A DNA stretch of 62,896 nucleotides, filler included, from Octopus bimaculoides (taxonomy: Eukaryota): NCBI RefSeq assembly GCF_001194135.2. It is 7 parts of 7 records of this genome, joined end to end, with 100 filler letters (N's around TTAATTAATTAA, not from the genome) between each part and the next. Parts side by side here need not be neighbours in the genome. Positions count along the whole stretch, not along the records: positions 10,492 to 34,542 come from NC_068995.1; positions 34,643 to 56,398 come from NC_069001.1; 5 more parts are not named here. One strand, written 5' to 3'. Numbering within the stretch: position 1 is the first letter of the stretch; each line of letters begins with the position of its first letter. Positions 23,413 to 35,237 of this stretch are shown in pieces. Made by a program: the position numbers and the translations under genes. The notes beneath the pieces are model-generated. The model saw nothing but the letters and a program-made list of their open reading frames with translations. It was not told where the DNA came from and did not search any database.

Positions 23413-23490
23413 AGGGACATATGGCGTAGTGGTTAAGAGCGCAGGCTACTAATCCCAAGATTCCGAGTTCGATTCCAAGCAGTAACCTGA
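23413..23490 (+). ncRNA. tRNA-like Pol III head inside the pLTR (not a functional tRNA)
   Basis: A box TGGCGTAGTGG, anticodon-like arm with loop CTACTAA, B box GAGTTCGATTCC; no convincing acceptor stem. A second, inverted copy lies at about 23036-23113. Confidence 0.65.
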
Positions 23491-23579
23491 ATAGTAATAA
23501 TAATAATAATAATAATAACAGCAACAACAATAGCGAAAAATACCTTAGGAATGAGAAGCCAGATTTGAAATTTCCCCAG

Positions 23580-23626
23580 GACACTTGATGAAGGCTTAGA
23601 GGGTATATCAGCCGAAACGTTGCGTT
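23580..23626 (+). ncRNA. Minimal type I hammerhead ribozyme motif (C3>U variant)
   Basis: GACAC (stem I) - TTGATGA - A - GGCT/N13/AGCC (stem II) - GAAAC - GTT - GCGTT (stem I', 4 of 5 pairs); stem III is the self-complementary ACGT. Confidence 0.6.
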
Positions 23627-26523
23627 AACAACAAACAAGATGAAGAGAAATATCTGTCAAATGTAAATAATATAAATAGTGTACATAATTCTTCATGTCT
23701 AAACTATAGAACTGAATGAAATAGTATATCCAATTAAAAAAAAAAAGAGCATAAATTCGTAAACCACAAATCAAGATTTTATTCAGGCCACCGGCATGCA
23801 AGTTATTGAAAATATAGAAACATATAATTTAATGTGACGATTTAATTTAATCAGAAGCTCAACTCGGACGTCAATTTGTAATCACATTTGCATCATATTT
23901 TTATTATAAATTATAAAATCAGAAATAAAATATAAATATTTAGAGATTTTGGCTTTGCCGTTTCGCAGCAGACTTAACGGCATGCATTTCAATAATTATT
24001 GAAAACTTTGCCATTAGTATTAGAATTGCCAAAAACATAAGAAAACGTAACGTCCAAGAAATATTATTTTACACAGATACAACTAAGTATTCAATTAATG
24101 CTTATATCGAAATTCATGAAAAAATATGGTTCCCATGCAGTTACTTAGACTAAACGTTTGGGGTGAGTCAAGATTTGTTGAAACAGTTTCACACAAAGAG
24201 GTCCGCATAGTAATTTAAACTTAAAATTTATGGGTTGCTCGCGAGAATAACTGAGAAAACATATGTAAAGCTGTAAAACTTGATAGATCTTTCTTATAAA
24301 AAGTGCTGAACGAAAAAATATTGTATAAATGAATATAACATCTCTGAGAAATAGGGAGATAAAAACATTATATCACCATATGAAAAATCATAAGTAAAGA
24401 AAAGATAAAATATTATTGTATATCGACTTCAGTAGAATAATAATCGATAATAGAACACTGAATAAATGAAGACGATGACTAATGTGCAATTCAGAGAAAT
24501 GTCATATATTAATTAAATAATGACATAAAAAAATTCTAAAAGCTAAAAACAAAAACAAATCCTTTGCTAGAAAATTACAACAGGGAAATAGATACTGATT
24601 AATCCACAGTTCTTACACAAACAAGGTTCACTGGACTTATAGCGTCACTTCATCAAATTGTCATTAAATGGCACCTTCGATTCCGTTAGCTTAGAAACAG
24701 ATACTTATTGATATGCCATCTGCTAAAAACCTTGTGCTCTGTGTTTTGAGTAACAAAATAGTTATCGTTTTTAACAATAATAATAATTTTCCAGAATGGC
24801 AGACAGACAACAAGAGAAAGAGAGCAAGAGAATTAGGAGGTTATTAGGAAAACAAAGATACACATACTGGAACGAAGAAAGGTGCAATGTGTCAAGTATG
24901 ACGCATGTTTGATGACAAAGAGATATATACTAGACCTGCAGAATGGTTTATGTAGATTTGTCAGCAGTTTTTATTTATTTTGCAGTACCATTAAATACAT
25001 ATAGTTTTAACATATAGATTAAAATAAATCTTATCTGCATTTAAAGCTAGGATTTTTTTTTTTGTCAAAAAAATGCTTTTGCATTTTTTATAGTTATCGT
25101 GCTTTTATTGAACGGTATAATCGTCTTACCTATCTTAAATCTGTATAGAGGTCGTTACGACCTCTATTTACAAACTACACACATGCACACACTCACACAC
25201 ACACACATCCACACACACACACACACACACACACATATAAGTATCTATAGATGCTTCTTTACATGTCTGTATGTTCGTGGGTATGTAAGTGTATGCCTAA
25301 ATTTAACCCGCTTTATTTTTTCGAGGATACAACGTAGCTAAATATTTTTGTTTTGATTAAACTATGTTTATGTTTAATGTCATTATATTTTCTAATAGAG
25401 GAGTTATTTTCTGTTTATGCTTCATGCTGCTGCTTTAACTTGATTCCCTTTACTGTAATACTAACATACGGTTTTTAAGCATGTGACTTGTAAATAAGTA
25501 TTCCTTCATATTCATCTCCCTCTCTCTCACTCTCCCCCCCCANNNNNNNNNNTATATACACAACATATACACGCGCGCGCACACACACGTATATATATAT
25601 GTATGTACGTAAATATATATAAACGCATGTCTTTACATATAGTTGTGATTCTGTACTTTTCATTTGTTGCTATGCTTTCATATGGACATATATTGATATT
25701 TCAAAGTATACATGTATGTTTCGGCATGTCAATGTATACAGACACACACATCATATGAAATGGAAGAAGCGGGAGCGAGAATAAAACAAAGGGAGATTTG
25801 TAGCTGAGATTGATGTTGCTATTGTTTGTATTTATCAGTTTTATTTCCTTTCCTCTCTTCGACTATTCAGAAGAAACATATCTGACCTCAAGCTTAGCAA
25901 CTGATGCAGATAAGAAGCTTATACCAGCAAGCAAATGCCATAAAATTAGCACAGATCGCATCAAATGTTAAAAGGACAAATGTTGAGAAAAAGCATAAAG
26001 TAAAGTCTCACTGCAATTTTATATCCAACTGTTATGAGAAATGTAGAAATCGATGTCTGAGATGAATTCTTTTAAAAAAAGAAACAAGTGCATTACAAAG
26101 ATGAAAACATATAAAACAAAAAGCATATGAATAACACAAAGTTTAAGAAAATCAAAGAAATGGGGGAAGAAAAAGACAAACAAACAGAATTCAAAAGTAA
26201 AAATTTACTTGAAATAAAAAGGACTAGAATTATAGCTGTAATACTTTATATATTTTATATGGTTTCATATTTGTTAAAGGCAATAAGCTTTATTGTTGTT
26301 CTCATCTGAGAAGTTTTCTATGATCATTTCAACTTGCAATTGTGAAAATGTTTACACAGTCACAGCTATTTTTTAAAAATTCTGTCTACATGTATTTTTG
26401 AATAATGTAATCCTTTAACATGACTCCATTTCATGCCGGAAGTTTTTAAATTTTATACATCCATATATATATCCAACCATATGTGTGTGTGTGCTCGTAT
26501 GCACGTGTATGAGCTTGCATTAG

Positions 26524-26559
<36 letters not shown>

Positions 26560-27100
26560 TGTGCATTTACAGAGAAACATACAAATGTACGTTTTGTTGA
26601 TATGAAGAGTTGATGCGTTTGTAACATTTACCGAAACAATCTATTTCTTCATGTTTTCCTCCAAATATTTTATCGCAGCTTTTGTCATTTTAACAGCTAT
26701 AGTTTTTATACCTGCCGTTATATTGTGCGAAGGGAATTTAGAAACGAATAATAATGGCAAACGGGAATAATGAAAAATTAAATTATTGTATTACGTAAAT
26801 CAAAACAAATAATTAACATAGTCGTTGGAGCCTACACTATGATAGAAACTATTTAAATAAGTTTGTAATTGTTTGAATTGTTTGCTTAGAGATGGTATTT
26901 GCTTTCATCGTTGTATCCGTGGTGATAGTTGATGCTTTTTGTGGCATGCAGGGACTTTTATGTCAATTCAATTACATTTCAAGTTGCGTTATAGTGCATG
27001 GCAATAGAATAGATCAAAGTTATTGTGTTAAAATGCATTCCTTACACTGCAAAGCATAGAAAGATGAGCGATATATAAAAGAAATATAACTCAAACTCAC

Positions 27101-27134
27101 ATTTAAATCTATTTCTTCTTGACAATACATGAGC
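27101..27134 (-). CDS. Candidate 34-nt coding exon
   Basis: tttatagtttatag acceptor and AAT|GTGAGT donor; reads LMYCQEEIDLN (phase 2-0) or AHVLSRRNRFK (phase 0-1). Confidence 0.3.
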
Positions 27135-28541
27135 CTATAAACTATAAAGTACTAGCACATAGAAAGCAACATAAACCCAAATCATCTCGTACCCAATCAT
27201 GCGGAATATTTGGGATCAAGTAACTAGAAAGCCATTACATTTAAAGAGATCCGTGTGATTTATGAATATGAATTATATTTTCATGTATGTTAGCTCAAAC
27301 GAAATATTCAGGCATGAAAGAGGAAATATAAGCGGCATTTTCAGTTAAAAACCCATTCAATAACATGAAAGCTCCCTAAAACTAGAAGAATTTACGTTAA
27401 AGATTTTAAATTTATTTTCGAAGCTTATCTGTAAAATAAGACAAAAACAGAAATTTATTTGATATTTAACCACGCACATTAGCATCGCCTTTGGTGTTCA
27501 TACGGTAATTTAGATACTAAACAAGTGATCAGATTTGGAATCGATTCCTTTTTCGTGTACTGAATTTCTATTTCCTATCAAATATTTTAAAGTGCCATCA
27601 TCTGACACAGGTTTCCCTGTGTTCCATAAAATACACACATTTCTCGCACCAGATACGCTGTCTCAGAGAAATACAATAATGATTTATTTAATAATCCTTA
27701 TTTAAATAACTATTGCAAAACCTCAAAATTATAAGTCTTCTGTTGAATATAAGGAGAACCTGCAATAAACCAGTCCATTATATTACTGTTAGGTAGCATA
27801 TAATGCACTCTTTGATCTATGCTTGCGCTGCGAACCATACACTGTTTCCTTAGCACATAGCTTTATCCAGTTTAATTTTAACTTCCATCAGATGTGATTT
27901 GATCTGTGATTGCGACAAAAATGGTGATAACGGTGATGTTGAGGACCGACGATGACGATGACAACGAATATGAATTTAAACTCCTACCCATCCTTATCAC
28001 TATCACTATTGACATCATATCTACGTCATTATCATTATCATAAACATCATTTGCAGCTGCGTCAACATTTAATACCTCTGACATCATCCTATTTCTTCTC
28101 ATACCATTCGTCATTCTCCTCTCCTGCTCCTGCTCCTCTTCTTCTCCTTCTCCTCCTTCTCATCACCACCACAGTCATATGACATATAACCAAGAATGCA
28201 ATGTGGCTTTAACCTGATAAGCAAATAGTATATCTCTCAAAGAAATTAATGACTTTTCTTTCCATAATGATTTTCCCTTGTAATGACAGGTGCAGTTCTT
28301 ATTAACATGCGCATTATCTGAACAATATGATAGAATCATTGTTTAAGGTCACAATTATTGAAGTGTATCATCTCTGTGGTGCCTAAGTTTCTACAAGTGG
28401 CAAATGAACTTTAATTACTCCTCGGGTGTATGTCCTATTGCTTGATTGCTTGATTAAATCTGTTCTACTGGCTATATTGAATATATTGCTATTAAATTGT
28501 TGGAAGTTTAACTTCTGATTTAAGAAAGTGCAAGTACTTAC

Positions 28542-28679
28542 TTAAGATAAGTATTCAGACAATTAGTTTGCTGATGTGTATTATCTGGGTTGAAAAGATT
28601 ATATGTCAATATTGGTAACATCATCATGCAAAGAATATTCTTGCCAGAGAGAATCGAATATGTTACAATAAGGAAGTCC
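28542..28679 (-). CDS. Candidate 138-nt coding exon (phase 2-2)
   Basis: tacgttgcccag acceptor and AA|GTAAGT donor; the frame open end to end reads DFLIVTYSILSGKNILCMMMLPILTYNLFNPDNTHQQTNCLNTYL. Confidence 0.35.
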
Positions 28680-30304
28680 CTGGGCAACGTATAAATACGT
28701 TTATGGAAACAAAATTGAAATGCCTTGCGTGACTGTGCGTTTGAGTGTAAGATTCTTTATAGACATAATTCTAAGAACGATAACATTCATATTATTATCT
28801 CCATGCTAAAACAAATTCGATCAGTAATTAAATTTCAGAGAATACAGAAAATACAGACAATTGAAAAAATAAATTTACATGGTTTTCATACTAATTTAGA
28901 TCTTACAACACCTTATTCTCATGTCTAGTTGAAAATTAGTGTTTCCTAATTGGGACAAAACGGCATAGTGTACTTGTATGGCACAATTCGTTATACAAAT
29001 TGATGTTAATTTTTATAAAACGATATTTTTTATGCAACCCGTGTTTTCATTCACTTATGTTTTACAGTTAAACTTAGCGACTGTATTGTTGTTTTGCAAC
29101 ATAATATACATTCCATAGGAACTGCGGCAATAGCAAGAAGAGCTCATTGAGGTATTATACAATACACTATATCTCCCACATTGATAAAGATGATATGCAT
29201 AGTTCTCAAGGAATTGAAATTGATGGCCTAAAAATGACTGAACAATATTCTAATGGGTTCAACAACTTGCCGACATGATCCGCCTTCAACTACTGAAATA
29301 TTAAAGCAAAACTTTTAGAAATTTAATATGAGTCACTATAAACCTTAATCGTGTGAATATTTGCATTGCAGCAACCTGAGGTGTTTTATAACACAAGTGT
29401 ATTTCACCTACATCATCTCAGGAGTAGTATAAAAATAAAATGATGGCATAATTTAAGATACTTGTTAGTAGAATGCCGGAAAGAAATAGACAAATCCACA
29501 AAGCAATATGCTATTGAATACATTTTTCGAAACAGGTATGTTGAGCTTATTTCTGGATAACATTTGTGATTATCCCATGAAAACTTAAAGGCAGCTCAAG
29601 GATTGCAAGTATAGACAGTCTATTGTATCACACTTTCTGTGTTACTAACAAAGTGACGTGTTTATTCACTGTGATCTTACATGAATTAACATAGATCCTA
29701 GATACTAAAGTTCAGCATCTCATAAATGCAAATGATAGTATTTGAATAACAAATCAGTCTGCAATTTTTTATCTTCATATTCCTTATCATTTTGGAAAAC
29801 ATATCTATGAAAAAATTGTATTTTATCGCAATGTTCTTTAAATTATCAGATAAACCATGTAATATTCTATTTGCCACGTGTGTCAGTGAGCTCTCTGCTT
29901 CTGCTCTATTATAAATTACATATTTTTTTGGACAACAGTCTGACAAACAAACATACTTCACTATCTCAAAATATTCTCATCTTCCCGTGACAAGTAACAA
30001 AATTTCAAATTAAGAATTTAAAAAATGGGCATGCATTTCTGCTATCATACAGAGTAGTAAATTAAGTGACCAAATATATAATTGAATCATGTCAGTTTAT
30101 ACCAAATGAACGAGATTATTTTTTATTGAAGTAATCAGTATCACTCGCATAAGTTTTTTCGTACACCACTCAGGAGCACGCACGTTGATGTGGAAGTACA
30201 GGTTTCCATAAGTTTCTGTGAATGTGTAAGCATGTGTGAGCGTGTATGTATTTATATATGCATGTGTATATACATTTGCATTTTGATTGTGTATGTATAA
30301 ACAT

Positions 30305-30670
30305 GCGTGGCTGTATGGTGAGAAGTTTGTTTCCCAAACACATTCTTCTAGATTTAGCCCTACAGCGTGTCTTTGATTATAGCCCCGAGGTGACAAAGCC
30401 TTGTGAGTGAATTCGGTGGACGGAAACTGACAGAAGTCTGCCATACATATAAATAAATGTGTGAGTGTGACTTTGTCTTTCCCCAGCACCACCCGATAAC
30501 CGGAGTTTATTTACGCCTTCGTAACTTAATGATTCCGCAAAAGTGACGGATGGAATAAGTATCAGGCTAAGGAAAAAAAAAGTAAACCTAGGCGTGATTT
30601 GTTTGACTCAACTGGTCAAGAGGGTAATGAAGCATGGCCACAGTCCAATGATTGAAACGAGTAAAAGGAA
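30305..30670 (+). mobile_element. Full-length but diverged family A SINE
   Basis: GTGGCTGTATGGTGAGAAGTTTG...AAAGCCTTGTGAGTGAATTCGGTGGACGGAAACTG...AAGCATGGCCACAGTCCAATGATTGAAACGAGTAAAAG. Confidence 0.8.
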
Positions 30671-30906
30671 AGTTACAAAAGATGAGTGCAGGATGGTGGT
30701 GGTAGTGTGTGTGTGTGTGTGTGTGTGTGTTAGCATGCGGTAGTGAATAGCCGATTAACATTACCTTACCACGTACCTAAAACACGCTCTAAAATGCTAT
30801 AAATATACGAGTTGTTTGAAATTTACTTGTACGTAGATAAGAGCTTATACGTCGACTACTTAATTATTATATAACAATAACATAGTGAGTTTATGTGCGA
30901 GTGTTT

Positions 30907-30922
30907 AGTAGTAGTAGTAGTG

Positions 30923-30974
<52 letters not shown>
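30907..30974. repeat. (AGT)n microsatellite
   Basis: Direct reading; immediately precedes the first Dong-like element. Confidence 0.95.
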
Positions 30975-30975
<1 letters not shown>

Positions 30976-30976
<1 letters not shown>

Positions 30977-32160
30977 ATGAGGCAGATGGAATCAAACAGC
31001 ACATGAAGCAAAGGACAAAAAGAGTGTACCTGTGGTGAGTGAGAAAAGCATTGACTTCAAATCTAAATACCACAAAATGATTTCGGTAATCAACTCGCGC
31101 GAGGTCGCAGTAGTTCAGTATAGGGTTGGAATCCTGAAGAACAGAGAGGATGAGTTAAAGGAGATGGAAAAGAAGTCAAGACAGTTTCTAACGATACATA
31201 GCCACCATCATCTACGTGCAGACACTGATCGTCTGTACATGAACAGGGCAAATGGAGTAAGCGGACTGATAAGTGTAGAAGAATGAGTGCGTATCGAACT
31301 CGAGAGCTTAATGAGATACCTAGCCCAAAGTAAGGAAACTTTGCTAGTGACAGTTAGGAACGAGGGAGTATTGAGAGCAGAGTAAAAGAGAAAATAAAGA
31401 CAGAGATACAAAAAAGACATGAAGAAGAATTATGCAAGAGACTGCGCTGTCGATTCCATGTAGCCATGACAGCTGAAAATCAGACTTTGGCCACGAACTG
31501 GAGAGTCAACCTCAGGAATGAACAAGTTTCTCCGCTGTGCCGCATCTGCAATAGGGTTGATAAAACCATTGCCCATATCACAAACATATACACTAAACTT
31601 GCACAAAAACCACCTCATATTATGGCGACACGGCGAGATAGCAAAGGTGCTACATTGGGAACTATGCGATAACTGGGGGCTCGAGAGAGGCAAGACGTGG
31701 TGTGAGGACAACTTGAGAGAGTGACAGCGTCGGAGATTAACAAAATCCTCTAGGATTTCCCAATCTAAACAGATTAGGTGCTAGAACATAACAGACCGGA
31801 GCTACTGGTGTTGAACAAGGTGCACCTTATATGTTATATGGTTGATGTTTCCCCATCCCCGTGACCCACGAATAGTCAAGAAGGAAGGTGAAAAGACAGG
31901 TAGATACAACACTTAAATACGAAATAGGCCGGCTATTTCGTATGTGAATGTGAAGTTAGAGCCAATTATTGTTGGATCCTTGGGAACAGTATCAGAAGGC
32001 ATCAAGAAATTGGAATAGAGTTCCCAACAGAACTGTTACAAAAAGCTTGTCTCCTTGGCACCGCTAGAATAATCAGGAAAGTAATAGATAGCTGAAATGA
32101 ACGAAGAACATGGTACCGTAAGCTGCAGGTAGTAAGCTCGCTACGCATGCAAGACACCAG
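30976..32160 (+). mobile_element. R4/Dong-clade LINE, 5'-truncated (post-RT region, zinc finger, REL endonuclease, partial 3' UTR), decayed
   Basis: ISVINSREVAVVQYRVGIL...HHHLRADTDRLYMNRANGVSGLISVEE; PLCRICNRVDKTIAHI; RHGEIAKVLHWELC; LEHNRPELLV; LQKACLLGTARIIRKVIDS* (stop 32093-32095). Many stops and frameshifts. Confidence 0.85.
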
Positions 32161-34120
32161 GATCAGCTGTTGATCAATAAAGCCATAATAGAAGAAATCC
32201 ATAGGAAAAAGAAGGGTCTAACTATGGCCTGGATCGATTACCGAAAGGCTTTTGATAGTATTCCCCACACATACATTCTAGAAAGACTAACCACAAACAA
32301 TGTAGAACCCATAATAATGAAACATATAAAACATTCCATGAATAAGTACCAAACAGTGCTATAGCTCCACGCAAATGAGAGACTCATAAAAACCAAAGTC
32401 ATTTCCATGAAAAGAGGAATATTCCAGGGAAACACGCTTTTTCCACTTCTTTTCTGCTTGGCACTGGCACCTTTATCTGACATGCTAAACAGAACTGGAT
32501 GTGGATACAACTCTTATGGCAAAGCAATCAACCATGTGGATGATTTAAAACTATATGATGTAAAACAGAAACAGCTTGAAACATTATTACAGATAGTACA
32601 TTGATCTACCAAAGAAATAAATATGAAATTTGGTCTAGAAAAATGTGTCAAAGCAACTTTGAAAAGAGGAAAACTAGTTAAGAGTAACAATATCACATTA
32701 GATAAAACAAATGAAATAAAAGATTTAGACCAAAGCCAGACATACAAATACTTAGGAATCAATGAACTAGATACGATACAACACGCACAAATAAAAGAGA
32801 AGATAAGAAAAGAATACTATAGAGAAGTTAGATTAATACTGATAACATATCAATGCTAAAGACAAGATAATAGGTATCAACACTCTAGCCATCCCAGTTA
32901 TAAGTTACAGCTGTAGTAATCAAAATAGACAGGAAAACAAGAAAGTTAATCACAGAATTTAGGATGCACCACCCAAAATCTGACATAGAAAGGCTACATA
33001 TACAACGTATCAAAGGTGGTAGAGGCCTTATACGACTTAGAATCTATCACAAAATAACCACTATAGGATTGCAGACATACCTACTTCAGAAGCAAGGAAA
33101 GCTGATACAAATATCCAAAAAACACGAACAAAACAAAAATGTATTTTCTGTCTTTACGGAAGCTGACAATTACTAAAAAAGAAGTCATATTACATAACAA
33201 CTATGAAAAAAATGAAGAAGTAACAAAAGCTGTGAAACAACTGAGATTCAAACTAAAACTGAAACAGCAACGGATCATGGTAAAACAATGGCAAGAAAAG
33301 CCTCTACATGGTAGATATTGGGTTAAGCTAAACAGAAAAGGAATAGACAAAGCAAAATCCCAACAATGGATAAGAAGATCAGGATTCACATCAGAGACTG
33401 AAGGACTTTTAACTGCCATGCAAGATCAAAAAGCCTTCCCACCAGCAACCACCAAAATCACATAATGAAAAGAAGTACAAATAACTTCATAATATGTGTT
33501 GATGGAGTAGAAACAATAAATCATATTGCCTCTGGCTGCCCAGTCCTGGCTAAGAAGGAATATATTCACAGACACGACAGAGCTGGGACCTTTATACACT
33601 GGAATCTATGCCAACGTTATGGAATGACAGAAAAAAGATGCTATAAGCTCACGCCAGAAAGGTCAATGAACATGAAAAAGCAATATACACAGATATGGAT
33701 ATCGAGGCTAATAGGCCAGATATAGTTGTCAGAGATCACGAAGAAAAAGATGCTTTCCAATTGATGTATCATTACCAATAGACGTTTCTCCTAGAGAAAG
33801 GGAGAAACTTTTAAAACGCAAAGACCTGGAAATAGAAGTAACTCGAATGTGGTACCTATAAAGAGAAACAATTCCTATTTTAGTAGTTGCATTAGATATG
33901 ATAAAAAAAAACATTAAGACAACTACATAACAAAAACATTAGCATATACAAGTATATATAACATACAGAAAATAGCACTACTAGGCGTGGCACACATCCT
34001 ACGTAAAACACTTTCAACGCGGTGAAAATAAGGACACCACAACAAACGGCAGCACATACCCAAGACACACAGATCAGTGCTCGGTAGTGCAATGAAAACA
34101 TATGATGAAAATAAGACTAC

Positions 34121-34160
<40 letters not shown>
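32161..34160 (+). mobile_element. Second R4/Dong-clade LINE, 5'-truncated at RT domain 2, ending in (TAA)n; decayed
   Basis: DQLLINKAII, AWIDYRKAFDSIPH, RGIFQGNTLFPLLF, HVDDLKLY, KFGLEKC, YKYLG, HHPKSDIERL...GGRGL, ETINHIASGC...YIHRHD, ANRPDIVV, KIALLGVAHILRKTL (stop 34023-34025), UTR, (TAA)n 34121-34160. Confidence 0.92.
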
Positions 34161-34642
34161 GACTACACCGGGGATGTTTAACAGAGGCTACACCGGGGAT
34201 GTTTAACATGTGAGAACGATAAATCACTGCTCCGAAATTTATCCAAAACCATCGGAAATAAAGACATCGCATGGAGCCAAAAAATAGCTGACAAAGGGTT
34301 GGACTATATCCGAGTAAGTAATACTCATTCAAATTTATTTCTATTTTTCCAAATATGATGATGTATTTTAACTTGATACCTCCACTACCCGCACAGCGAT
34401 CGTATACACACGTGTTACATCAAAATCAGACCATCTCCAAACCCAAACACCATGTACAAAAAAATTACAAACAGATTAAATAAAACCGGTATTATTCCAC
34501 CCAAGAATAACAACCGAGAAGTGCGTACTGTAAGCTTATTACNNNNNNNNNNNNNNNNNNNNNNNNNNNNNNNNNNNNNNNNNNNNTTAATTAATTAANN
34601 NNNNNNNNNNNNNNNNNNNNNNNNNNNNNNNNNNNNNNNNNN

Positions 34643-34675
<33 letters not shown>

Positions 34676-34879
34676 TATGAATATACATGCACACATACAC
34701 ATACATCTGGCATTGTAAAATGGCAACCATTGAAAATTGATATAAACATCAACAAGAAAATTAAATGCGAGAAGAAATGTGCAACTATATTTTGGGATAC
34801 GCTGGTTATAACTGACAGAGAAATATTGGCAAATCGTACAGATAGAATTTGCCAATACTATCATATATGACAATATTTC

Positions 34880-35135
34880 CTTGCAGATACATTAATGCCA
34901 GCATAGAAAATCATATCTTTAAAAGAACTGGAGAAATTGTCCAAATATATCGATTTGGAAGCAGAGATAACTCGAACGAGTGGAACGAAATCAAAACAAT
35001 CCAAAGAATATTAGGAGCGTTAGCTACGATAAGAACAAGACGAAATTACATATATTATCAGTATCGCATGACTTACGAATACAGATAGCATACAAAAATA
35101 TACATCTGTTAAAGCCTGGACGAATACTACATCGA
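34880..35135 (+). mobile_element. Third R4/Dong-like fragment (REL endonuclease C-terminus), highly decayed
   Basis: SLKELEKLSKYIDLEAEITR.../KTIQRILGALATI.../LLKPGRILHR parallels the C-terminus of the element at 33780-34020. Confidence 0.6.
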
Positions 35136-35237
35136 ATGTGAATTGAATAAATTTGCACACATTGAAGAGGAAGAAACTGCGCTTGAGTTTATGGATTGAA
35201 CGTATATACAACATAATGATCATGATGATAAGCAGCA

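Larger units (their letters stand above)
22999..23713 (+). mobile_element. 5'-truncated Penelope-like element: inverted partial pLTR + GIY-YIG C-terminus + pLTR
   Basis: 23127-23385 encodes PLKIRVDEHRKTVTREDIDKSGIVDHVW/GDHRPLWDEVKIIDREHDWKKGKLKDAAHM...SIWKPVL, a GIY-YIG endonuclease C-half with one frameshift. 22999-23115 is the reverse complement of 23411-23551. A hammerhead topology lies at 23580-23626. Confidence 0.8.

Noticed and set aside
23413-23490. tRNA gene call (also for the SINE heads at 9700-9768, 43902-43972 and 52060-52135)
   Set aside because: A and B boxes are present but the acceptor stems do not pair, and each continues into a repeat body; tRNA-derived, not tRNA genes.
16835-28180. 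Asp/Met/His-rich low-complexity ORFs at 16835-16960, 18350-18400 and 27900-28180
   Set aside because: Degenerate (GAT)/(CAT)n trinucleotide tracts without supporting splice context.
34849-35088. 79-aa ORF with a good acceptor that looked like a host exon
   Set aside because: Another frame matches the R4/Dong REL endonuclease C-terminus (KELEKLSKYIDLEAEITR); it is LINE debris.
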